36,088 nt of DNA from Opitutia bacterium (lineage in GTDB: Bacteria; Verrucomicrobiota; Verrucomicrobiia; Opitutales; T3Sed10-336): contig JBJHCF010000048.1 of assembly GCA_050506795.1 (NCBI GenBank), positions 1-36,088 of the forward strand, in the 5' to 3' direction. Numbering within the stretch: position 1 is the first letter of the stretch; every line of letters starts with the position of its first letter. Below are positions 20,650 to 28,958 of the stretch, in pieces. The position numbers were made by a program, and so were the translations under genes. A model generated the notes under the pieces. It was not told the origin of the DNA and did no database searches. It saw only the letters and a list, made by a program, of their open reading frames with translations.

Positions 20650-20894
20650 ACTCAAGAAAGAGCTGAACTTTTGAAATACGCGGGCCTGACTCAACGCGAG
20701 GTTGCCGGGTTACTGGGGATGGGGTCCGGTGCGGCGGTGAGCTCTCAGGTCAAGCGCTACGAGGATTGGCTCGCCGAAGATGCCCGGTTGCGTAACATGG
20801 CCGGAAGGACCGAGCGGAATCTGGAGCGAAAACGAAGAGAGAGGCTGCAAGCGACATGAAGGGATCATTAAGTATTATTTTAAGGGCTGACCCC
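20650..20894 (+). pseudogene. Probable C-terminal remnant of a REP-associated tyrosine transposase with DnaA-C-like HTH, followed by a REP-like end motif
   Basis: LLKYAGLTQREVAGLLGMGSGAAVS.QVKR HTH-like segment; in-frame stop at 20647-20649 and no HUH domain; AAGGGCTGACCCC at 20882-20894. Family recognised from memory. Confidence 0.5.
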
Positions 20895-20914
20895 AACGTG
20901 AGCACCCCAAACCT

Positions 20915-23281
20915 TTATTTGCCGGACGGGTTGTCGAGCCAGTCTTCCAGATCGGCGCCGGTGGCGACGAGCGTGGGGCGGGGGAGGTCGGGAGGAAGCA
21001 AATCGAGGTAGGATGGCTCGGCGAAACGCCGGCATTGGAGCAGGATGCGCGCGCGGTGACCCGGCGCCCGCGCCAGTCGGCCGATGGCCTGGTTCACTTT
21101 GCGCATGCCGGGAATCTGATAGACTTCGCGAAAGCGTTGGTCGCGGTGGTCGGCGCCGGCGGCTTCCATGCGGGCGTTTTGCACCGGGTTGACTTCCGGC
21201 AGCGCCGGTCCGGCGATGAGGGCGTACTTCACCCGTCCTCCGAGCAGGTCGATGCTTTCGGTGTAGCTGCTGCCGAGGATGAGAAAGAGGGCGTCGGAGA
21301 GCAGCAATGATTCTTCGATGAACGCGGTCTGTTCCGCCAGGCTTTCCCGGCGCTCCTGCAGTGCCACCCGGATCTCCGGAAACCGGTCTTCCACGGCGTC
21401 CTTCAAATCGCGGGCGTAGCGATAGGAGGGAAAAAAGACGACGACCGGTCCCTGGGCGCGGGCGTGAACGCGAGCGATGGTTTCGGCCATGACCCCGGTC
21501 GACCTTTCACGTTGACGGTACCGGGTGTCCGCACGGAGGTCGATGGCGAGATCGTAGGCGCCCGCCCGCCAGGGAGCCGCGGCGCCGACCAGGCGCGCGC
21601 TTCCCGAATCCGGGTTCACCCCGCACTGGCGCAGAAACAGGTCTTCGGGGCCGAAGGTGGCCGAGGCCAGGGCGACCGTCCTAAACTCCGACAGGGTTTT
21701 TCCCAGCGGTTTGGAGGCGTCCAGACAGGTGGCTTCGATTTGTCCGGGACGCGGTACCCAGAGCAGTTTTTCGATATCCGGATTCTCCATGAAATGTTGC
21801 AGCGCGGCGGCCTCATCAAGGCGCTGTAAGGTTTCCGGACTGAGGGCGGCGTAATCGGGCGGTGTGATCTGAACCTGCTCCGCCAGAGTTCGCACGGCCT
21901 CCGCGAGATGGTCTTCGGTCTCCGGATCGCAACGCTCGCAGGGCCGCAGAGCAGCCATGCGTTCAACGAACCACTCCCAGGCCCGTTTCACCGCTGGCGG
22001 CACCGCTTGAAAGGTGAACTCGGTCAGCACGTCGCGGGCGGCTTCCACTGTGAATCGTGTCGAATAGTTGTCGGCCGCGCGCGAAGGGAGGTTGTGGGCC
22101 TCGTCGACGATGAGGATGGTCTGTGACGGGTCGAAACCGGGACGTTCGTAAAAGAAGGATCGGTTCGACGGCGAAAACACGTAGTTGTAGTCACCGATCC
22201 AGATATCGGCGGCCGGCAGGGTCGCCCGGGTGATTTCGTAGGGACAGATTCCCGCCCGCCGGCCGTCCTCGCGCAGCGTTTCCAGAGCGTAGTCCCGCCT
22301 TTCGGAAAGGGCGCGGGCGCCCAACTCGCTACGACTCCAGCGATTTTCCAGGTCGTCCAGGTAGGCGCAGCTTTCGCGGAAGCAATGGAAAACGTCGTTG
22401 ATGCAATGGTCGCGCTTGTTGCGCACCTGGGCGGCGGAGATCGGGGCGTCTTCGGGGAGCATGGCGCGAAGCTGATGCAGCACCTGCAACTGGCCGGTGG
22501 ATTTTCCGGTCAGGTAGACAATCCGGGTGACCAGACCGGTACGCAGTTGGTTGAGCGCCAACTCCAGGAGGTAACCGGTTTTCCCGAATCCGGTGGGCGC
22601 CTGGAACAGCAGGACGGAGTGCGAAGCAGCCGCTTCGGCCAGATGTTGCGAAATCTCCTCCTGGCCGGGACGGGGTTCGGAGAAAGGGGTCGCCGGGGAA
22701 AGGTGGCGCAGGCGTTGCAAGTGTTGCGAACGCAATTGCAGAAAATCGACCAGGCGTTCGACCTGGGCCTGAAAGGCCGCGTCGTCATTGGCGCCCAATG
22801 GTACCCGTTGGGTCAGCCCGGTTTCGATTTCCAGGAAGAAGAGTTCGGCACCGGGAGGTTTTCCGTCCGCTTCGCGACCGGCCTCGGTGAAGGGAAACAG
22901 AGCGCGGTAGGTCGCGAGTTGCCGGAAATAGGCGGGGTAGAGATGGCGCAGTTCGTCCTCGGAGGCCGGCAGCGAGGTGGAGACCGTTTTGACTTCCCGC
23001 AGCAAAAACCCGTCACCCTCCGGCAACACCTGGTCCGCGCGGCCCTGCAGTTCGACGATCCAGTCCCGGTGCGGCCAACGACCGGCAATCGGCATCTCGA
23101 ACCGCGCTCCGGGTATCGCCTCTTCCGACTGCGCCCGCAGCTGATCGTGCCAGGCGGTGCCCACCCGCGCCCGCCACAGCCCGCCGCCGCGTCCGTCGCC
23201 GCCGGCCTCCGGCGCGGTGGTGAAGCCGGCGAATTCGCCAATCGAAAGCGCAACGGTTTTTCGATCGAAGGAAATTTTCAT
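20915..23281 (-). CDS. DinG/Rad3 (XPD-like) Fe-S helicase with N-terminal PD-(D/E)XK nuclease domain
   Basis: N-terminal G..WH, GRADQV, EVKT, QLATY; RPGQ Q motif, APTGFGKT, four Cys (HCINDVFHCFRESC...CPY), DEAHN, QAIGRLAR. Confidence 0.88.
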   Translation of the reverse strand: MKISFDRKTVALSIGEFAGFTTAPEAGGDGRGGGLWRARVGTAWHDQLRAQSEEAIPGARFEMPIAGRWPHRDWIVELQGRADQVLPEGDGFLLREVKTVSTSLPASEDELRHLYPAYFRQLATYRALFPFTEAGREADGKPPGAELFFLEIETGLTQRVPLGANDDAAFQAQVERLVDFLQLRSQHLQRLRHLSPATPFSEPRPGQEEISQHLAEAAASHSVLLFQAPTGFGKTGYLLELALNQLRTGLVTRIVYLTGKSTGQLQVLHQLRAMLPEDAPISAAQVRNKRDHCINDVFHCFRESCAYLDDLENRWSRSELGARALSERRDYALETLREDGRRAGICPYEITRATLPAADIWIGDYNYVFSPSNRSFFYERPGFDPSQTILIVDEAHNLPSRAADNYSTRFTVEAARDVLTEFTFQAVPPAVKRAWEWFVERMAALRPCERCDPETEDHLAEAVRTLAEQVQITPPDYAALSPETLQRLDEAAALQHFMENPDIEKLLWVPRPGQIEATCLDASKPLGKTLSEFRTVALASATFGPEDLFLRQCGVNPDSGSARLVGAAAPWRAGAYDLAIDLRADTRYRQRERSTGVMAETIARVHARAQGPVVVFFPSYRYARDLKDAVEDRFPEIRVALQERRESLAEQTAFIEESLLLSDALFLILGSSYTESIDLLGGRVKYALIAGPALPEVNPVQNARMEAAGADHRDQRFREVYQIPGMRKVNQAIGRLARAPGHRARILLQCRRFAEPSYLDLLPPDLPRPTLVATGADLEDWLDNPSGK

Positions 23282-23390
23282 GGACGCGGCGGAAATCCTT
23301 TACCTAAGCCGCACCGGGCCTTAGGCACAAGCCTTCCCTTGATCTCGTATCCCGGCTGCTGTACGCCGGTTGGGTCGGCCTGCGGGATCT

Positions 23391-25364
23391 TTACCGGAAG
23401 ATCGAATTGCCGGGATTACTGGCGCGGTTGCGTTCGGTTTCGAGTCCGAGCGCCAGCAGGCGTGCGATGCGATCGGCATCGAATACGCAGCCCGCCCAGG
23501 GGCCGCCGCTGGCGTTTTGCAGGGCGGACCAGAGGCGGGTGTCGACGGGAACCCGGGCGTCGATGGCCAGATCCGGGTGAAGGTCCCGCGCTCCGAATTC
23601 CGCTTCGTCGATCCCCTGCACATCAATGCTTCCTTCGAGTCCGCGGGAGTCGATGCGCACTTGAACGGTGTCGCCGTCGCGGAGCTTCCCGACGGGACCG
23701 CCGGCCCAGGCTTCGGGACTGACATGTCCGACGCAGGCGCCCGTGGATACGCCGGAGAACCGGCCGTCGGTGATCAGGGCGACCCGTTCGCCGCCCTTCA
23801 TGTATTTCAGCGCGGAGGTGATCTGGTAAGTCTCGGGCATGCCGATGGCAGGGCCAATGCCGATCAGCACCACAACGTCGCCCGGTTGCACGGTTCCGTT
23901 TTTGATCGCGCTAATAGCGGCGGCCTCGCGGGTGAATACGCGAGCGGGGCCAACGTGGTGGAAGAGACCGTTTTCGTCGATTACTTCCGGAGCGATGGCC
24001 GTGCTCTTGACCAGCGCCCCTTCCGGCGCGAGGTTGCCGCGCAAAAACGTCACCGTGCTGGTCAGTCCGGCGGCGTGCGCGCGGGGCGGGGAGAGAATGA
24101 CTTCGTCGGCATCGATGCCGTCGAGATCCCGCAGCTTCTTTCGGAGGCGTTGACGCCTTTCGGAACTTTCCCACCACTCCAGGTTTTCGCCGACGGTCTG
24201 CCCGGTGACCGTTTGGGCACCGAGTTTGAGCAAACCGAGTTGACGCAGATGGAGCATCACCTCGGGTACGCCTCCGGCCAGAAAAACCTGAACGGTGGCG
24301 AAGTGGCGGGGGCCGTTGGGAAGCGCGTCCACCAGACGCGGCACCTGCCGGTTGATACGCTCCCAATCGTCGACCGAGGGGCGCGGCAGTCCCGCGGCAT
24401 GGGCGAAGGCGGGCACGTGAAGAACGAGGTTGGTGGAGCCTCCGAAAGCGGCGTGCAGCACCATCGCGTTGTGCAGGGATTCCTCGCTGAGCAATTTGCG
24501 TGTGGTATGCCCGCTTTTTTCCAGGGCCATCAAGGCCAGAGCCGACCGTCGGGCCATATCGCGCCAAATAGGAGCACCCGACGGACTTAGCGCACTGTGG
24601 GGCAGGGCCAGTCCGAGGGCTTCGGCAACGACCTGGCTGCTGGCGGCGGTGCCGAGAAACTGGCAGCCGCCTCCCGGGGATCCGCAAGCGCGGCATCCCA
24701 TGTCGGCGGCGTATTCCAGAGTGATTTCGTCGCGGGCGAAACGGGTGGACAGTGTCTGAACTTTTGCCGTGTCTTCGGCCTCTTCCGCGAGCAGAGTGAC
24801 GCCTCCCGGCGCCAGCACACTGGGGAGGTCCGGTGAACCGGCGAGCGCCATGAGCATGGCCGGCAGGCCCTTGTCGCACGTGGCCACACCCAGCACCCCG
24901 CGCCCTGTGGGTAGTGAGCGTATCAGTCGCCTCAATACGGTAGCGGCGTCGTTGCGGTAGGGCAGGCTGTCGAGCATTCCGGCGGTTCCATTGGTGCGGC
25001 CGTCGCACGGATCGCTGACATACGCGGCGAACGGTAGCCCGCCTTCGTCGCCGATCGTGCGGGCCGCTTCCTCCACCAGCAAATTCACCTCCCAGTGGCC
25101 GGTGTGGAAGCCGAGAGCGACCGGAGTTCCGTCGGGCGCGCGCAATCCGCCGTGGGTGCTGAGAATAAGAAACTGTTTTCCCAGCAGTTTTTTTGGGTCC
25201 CAGCCCATGCCGACGTTCTGGGTCCAGCCGAACAAATCCCCGCTCGACATTTCCCGCAACTCATCCGGTTGCACCGGCAGGCTGCCGGAAGGTCCCGGGG
25301 CGGTGGTGCGGATTTCATAGATGCTCGCGTCGTGGGAATCGAGAATACGGTCGGACTGGGACAT
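23391..25364 (-). CDS. D-xylonate dehydratase, YjhG/YagF type (IlvD/Edd family)
   Basis: [62 protein letters not shown]; start placed at ATG 25364. Confidence 0.92.
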   Translation of the reverse strand: MSQSDRILDSHDASIYEIRTTAPGPSGSLPVQPDELREMSSGDLFGWTQNVGMGWDPKKLLGKQFLILSTHGGLRAPDGTPVALGFHTGHWEVNLLVEEAARTIGDEGGLPFAAYVSDPCDGRTNGTAGMLDSLPYRNDAATVLRRLIRSLPTGRGVLGVATCDKGLPAMLMALAGSPDLPSVLAPGGVTLLAEEAEDTAKVQTLSTRFARDEITLEYAADMGCRACGSPGGGCQFLGTAASSQVVAEALGLALPHSALSPSGAPIWRDMARRSALALMALEKSGHTTRKLLSEESLHNAMVLHAAFGGSTNLVLHVPAFAHAAGLPRPSVDDWERINRQVPRLVDALPNGPRHFATVQVFLAGGVPEVMLHLRQLGLLKLGAQTVTGQTVGENLEWWESSERRQRLRKKLRDLDGIDADEVILSPPRAHAAGLTSTVTFLRGNLAPEGALVKSTAIAPEVIDENGLFHHVGPARVFTREAAAISAIKNGTVQPGDVVVLIGIGPAIGMPETYQITSALKYMKGGERVALITDGRFSGVSTGACVGHVSPEAWAGGPVGKLRDGDTVQVRIDSRGLEGSIDVQGIDEAEFGARDLHPDLAIDARVPVDTRLWSALQNASGGPWAGCVFDADRIARLLALGLETERNRASNPGNSIFR

Positions 25365-25424
25365 GGGTGCTACGGTCAAGAATTACGGCCGGGCGGGTTC
25401 GTCCCGGCCGGTTGGAAGGCGGAG

Positions 25425-26255
25425 TTAGCGGACCCGGTTCACCAACGTTCCGATGGGGTCGATGGTGATGTGGATTTCGTCCCCGGCGCGCAGGGTGAAT
25501 CGGTCGGGCGGAACGATTCCCGTACCCGTCATCAGGTAACACCCGGCCGGAAAACGGTCCTCACGAAACAGCCATTCGGCCAGGGACGGCAGTGAACGTT
25601 TGATCTGGGCGATTTCCGTTTGGCCGTTGAAAACCGTGTCCGCGCCCCGCCGAATCTCGATTTGGATCAGCGTCTCCGGCGGGGGAGGCGGCATCACCGC
25701 CAGACACGGACCGAGGCCGGCGCTACGATCGTAAACCTTGGCTTGCGGGAGGTAGAGCGGATTGGCGCCCTCTATGTCGCGCGAACTCATGTCGTTGCCG
25801 ATCGTGTAGCCGAATATTTTCCCCTGATGATTGATCGCCAGGGTGAGCTCGGGCTCGGGCACGTTCCAATGCGAATCCGCGCGTATGCGTACGTCTTCGC
25901 CCGGACCGGCAACCCGGTGCGGCGAGGCTTTGAAGAACAGTTCCGGGCGGTCGGCGGCGTAGACCTTGTCGTAAAAATCCCCGCCCCCGGCATCTTCCGA
26001 TTCCTCGCGGCGCGCGTCTTTGCTGCGCAGGTAGGTGACGCCCGCCGCCCACACTTCCTGGCTGCCAAGCGGTGCCCGCAAGAGTGAGGCATCGGGAGCG
26101 CCGACCTCGGTAGCCGCGTCGGCGAGGTGTTCGACAAAAGCCGCCGGGTCGTCGGCGCGGAACACGGCGTCGAAATCCACCGGCTCGGCCGGTCGTTGAA
26201 AGCGGCCGTGCCTTTCGATCAGCAGGCCGTTGGGAGTCGCGAATAAACGGATCAT
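25425..26255 (-). CDS. FAH-family protein, probable 2-keto-3-deoxyxylonate dehydratase (XylX/KdxD-like)
   Basis: QEVWAAGVTY, RPELFFK, VPEPE, GNDMSSRDIEG.NPLYLPQAK, MTGTG; upstream of and co-oriented with the xylonate dehydratase. Confidence 0.8.
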   Translation of the reverse strand: MIRLFATPNGLLIERHGRFQRPAEPVDFDAVFRADDPAAFVEHLADAATEVGAPDASLLRAPLGSQEVWAAGVTYLRSKDARREESEDAGGGDFYDKVYAADRPELFFKASPHRVAGPGEDVRIRADSHWNVPEPELTLAINHQGKIFGYTIGNDMSSRDIEGANPLYLPQAKVYDRSAGLGPCLAVMPPPPPETLIQIEIRRGADTVFNGQTEIAQIKRSLPSLAEWLFREDRFPAGCYLMTGTGIVPPDRFTLRAGDEIHITIDPIGTLVNRVR

Positions 26256-26486
26256 TGTTCAGGGATGTTGATCTTGTTTCGCCGCGATGAAGGTAATCGG
26301 TGCGGCTATAGGAATCTGTTTTAAGATTGGCGTGCGGCGGGAATGGATGCAATGCAAAGGTTAGGGACGACGGGTGGTTTTCTCCCATCGAAGAGACGTC
26401 CAGGTATCAATCGGATTCTGGTTCTGGAGGAACGAGTGAAGATAGTCCGGCTTTCAATCGCCGGATTTGCTGAACTGGGCAGATTG

Positions 26487-26581
26487 TCACACGGAGTCAC
26501 GCCCTCGACGGGCTCAGGCCGGTGAGAGCTCACGGAGGTTGGTCCGGCTGATTTCTCCGTGTCTCCGTGCCTCCGTGTGAG
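26487..26581. repeat. Dispersed inverted-repeat element (CACRRAG x3 arms) with a nested 25-bp insert in the left arm
   Basis: tcacacggagtcac[gccctcgacgggctcaggccggtga]gagctcacggag ... ctccgtgtctccgtgcctccgtgtga. Confidence 0.8.
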
Positions 26582-26691
26582 TCCAATCCCGAATGGCAAT
26601 CCATGATCCCAGTGATATCAAATATTCTTGCCGCCGCAGTTCGCCTTGGGGTTCGGTTTTATCGCCGGATGCGGGCGAAGTCGGGGCGAAT

Positions 26692-26732
26692 TTGACCTAA
26701 ATCAATTTGCTTTCGGGTCGGCGGCGTATACT
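26692..26732 (+). promoter_or_regulatory. FNR/DNR (CRP-family) box and -10 element, class II promoter geometry
   Basis: TTGAC-ctaa-ATCAA (26692-26705; 9/10 match to TTGAT-N4-ATCAA) and TATACT at 26727-26732. Confidence 0.7.
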
Positions 26733-26766
26733 CGCCGACCAGATGAAGTTGCTGCGGGCAGAGTTT

Positions 26767-28233
26767 ATGACGGTGGGGGGACCGTCCCGTTTTGGGGCGG
26801 AATTCACGGATGTGCGGGCGAGTCGCGGGCCGGTTGCCGCTGATCGACCGGTATCCGGTTCGCCGGCGGTTTGGCTTTGGCTCGCGGTGGGCAGTCTGCT
26901 GGTGTCGGGCCTTTTTGCGTTGTTGCTGGTAGTGGGGCGCATACCGGTTTTTTCCGGATTCTTTGTGGACCCCGACTTTTTTCGGCGCTGCCTGGCGGTG
27001 CATGTCAACCTGTCCCTGCTCGTTTGGTTCAGTGCCTTTGCCGCAGCCCTGTTTGCCATGCTTCCGGGCGTGAAGCCCGGGTTTCCTCTGGCGGCCTGGG
27101 TGGCGATCGGCGGAGCCGGCGCCATGGCGTTGTCGGCCTTTGTTCCCGGGAGCGCGCCGGTGCTGTCGAACTACATTCCCTTTATAGATCACCCGCTGTT
27201 CATCGGTGGCTTGATCGCTTTTTTTGTCGGGGTCGCCACCCACTACCTAGGGGGGATGATGCGCCGTGCCGTTCCGGACACCGCGGCGGATGAGCGGGCG
27301 CCGCGGGGCGAGGCGGCCTTCCAGTTGCCGTCCGAATGTGTGCCCGGGGTATTGACGGCGGCGGTGTTGTTTTTGGTTGCCCTGACCACCTTTCTGGCCG
27401 CCTGGGCGGCGACGCCTTCGGATTTGAATCCCGCGGTCTACTACGAGTTGGTGGCCTGGGGCGGAGGTCATGTCCTGCAGGTGGCCAATGTGGCCGCCAT
27501 GGTGGCGGTCTGGCTGCTCCTGGGGTCGTCACTGACCGGACGGCGAATGGTATCCCGCCGGGTTGCCGGTGGGTTGTTCGTTTTATTGGCCGCGCCTCAT
27601 TTGGCCGGCCCGCTGCTGACCCTGCAGGGCACGGCGACACCGATCTACAACATCGGGTTCACCCGGTTGATGCAGTTTGGCATCTTCCCGGTGGCGACGG
27701 TTTTTATCGTTATATGCTCGGTCGGACTGTTTCGCGGCTGGCGTCAACGCGCGGGCTCAACCCGCTTCTGGACGGACTTTCGGACCGTGGCTCTCCTGCT
27801 GAGCCTGGTCATGACAGTGACCGGATTCATTCTCGGCGCACTGATCCGAGGGTCCACCACCATGATTCCCGCACACTACCATGCCTCCACTGGGGCGGTG
27901 ACGGTGGCGTTCATGGCCGCCATGTTCCTGGTCGCGGAATGGCGGGCCTCGCCGGCGGGAGCCGCTTTGTTGCGGCGATTCGCGCCCTGGCAACTCCTTC
28001 TCTTTGGAGGCGGGCAACTCCTTTTCGCCCTGGGGTTCGCGGTGGGAGGAGCCCATGGATTGGGGCGTAAGGAGTACGGCGCCGAGCAGCACCTGTATTC
28101 GGCAGGGGAATACGTGGGAGTCGCCATGATGGGACTGGGCGGATTGATCGCCGTCGCGGGCGGCATTCTCTTCTTCATCCTGTTGGGTGCGCTTCCGTTT
28201 GCCGGCCGCCGGCGGAAAGCCGGTAAGGAATGA
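26767..28233 (+). CDS. Degenerate heme-copper oxidase subunit I-like membrane protein
   Basis: About 12 TM segments; His motifs AVHVNL, WGGGHVLQ and PAHYHAS; helix VII HH pair and cross-link Tyr absent. Start uncertain (26743 or 26767). Confidence 0.72.
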   Translation: MTVGGPSRFGAEFTDVRASRGPVAADRPVSGSPAVWLWLAVGSLLVSGLFALLLVVGRIPVFSGFFVDPDFFRRCLAVHVNLSLLVWFSAFAAALFAMLPGVKPGFPLAAWVAIGGAGAMALSAFVPGSAPVLSNYIPFIDHPLFIGGLIAFFVGVATHYLGGMMRRAVPDTAADERAPRGEAAFQLPSECVPGVLTAAVLFLVALTTFLAAWAATPSDLNPAVYYELVAWGGGHVLQVANVAAMVAVWLLLGSSLTGRRMVSRRVAGGLFVLLAAPHLAGPLLTLQGTATPIYNIGFTRLMQFGIFPVATVFIVICSVGLFRGWRQRAGSTRFWTDFRTVALLLSLVMTVTGFILGALIRGSTTMIPAHYHASTGAVTVAFMAAMFLVAEWRASPAGAALLRRFAPWQLLLFGGGQLLFALGFAVGGAHGLGRKEYGAEQHLYSAGEYVGVAMMGLGGLIAVAGGILFFILLGALPFAGRRRKAGKE

Positions 28234-28276
28234 CTCTTTTGATCCCATTGAAAACAAAACATCAAAACATCAGATC

Positions 28277-28420
28277 ATGACGGAAAAGAAACACATCATC
28301 CAGAGATTGATGGATAACCCCTGGGTACTGCTGGTGCTCGGCGTGGTGATTCCGTTGTTGTCCTACACCCTTTGGGGTTGGATCGAACTGTTAATGGTGC
28401 CGCCCGCGCCGCTGCCTTAA
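28277..28420 (+). CDS. Small single-TM protein, probable oxidase small subunit (IIa-like)
   Basis: 47 aa MTEKKHIIQRLMDNPWVLLVLGVVIPLLSYTLWGWIEL..., ends 13 bp before subunit II. Confidence 0.7.
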   Translation: MTEKKHIIQRLMDNPWVLLVLGVVIPLLSYTLWGWIELLMVPPAPLP

Positions 28421-28433
28421 AGGAGGAAATACA

Positions 28434-28958
28434 ATGAGTCTGGAACCGCCGAAAAAGGATTGGTTTGAAGCGCCGAAAGGCGCCGAACGCGTTTGGATCG
28501 GGATCGCGCTGGCCTGGTGCTTCGTGATGTTCCTGATGATGCCGTACTGGCATCTTTTTGGGAAACAGAACAGCACCGGGGAAGCCTACAAGGTGGAGCC
28601 GCGCGCTTTCCAGGAAAGGGTTGAGGCTTTTGTGGAAGCCAACCAGGTGGGCGAACTTGACGGCCAGCCCGTGGTTGAGCCGCCGCCGGGAGGCGAGGCC
28701 TATCTGCTGGCGCGGATGTGGAGCTGGTATCCGGTTCTGAAATTGAGACAAGGAGAGACTTACCGTCTGCACGTTTCCTCGCTCGATTTGCAGCACGGGA
28801 TGTCGTTGCTGCCGATGAATATGAATTTTCAGGTTCTTCCGGGATACGATCACGTTTTGACGATCACCCCGACCTCCACCGGAACCTTCACCATTGTGTG
28901 CAACGAGTTCTGCGGAGTCGGGCATTCCATGATGGTGGGAAAACTGATCGTTGAATGA
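28434..28958 (+). CDS. Heme-copper oxidoreductase subunit II with CuA (B-family-like, single TM)
   Basis: AAGGAGG RBS; DLQHG and CNEFCGVGHSMM CuA motif. Confidence 0.93.
   Translation: MSLEPPKKDWFEAPKGAERVWIGIALAWCFVMFLMMPYWHLFGKQNSTGEAYKVEPRAFQERVEAFVEANQVGELDGQPVVEPPPGGEAYLLARMWSWYPVLKLRQGETYRLHVSSLDLQHGMSLLPMNMNFQVLPGYDHVLTITPTSTGTFTIVCNEFCGVGHSMMVGKLIVE

Noticed and set aside
20915..23281. Type IV CRISPR CasDinG or Cas4 locus
   Set aside because: No array or other cas genes; the context is housekeeping and metabolic
26343..26480. Possible toxin gene fragment (VVFSHRRDV resembles RelE C-termini)
   Set aside because: Match is too short to support without a search
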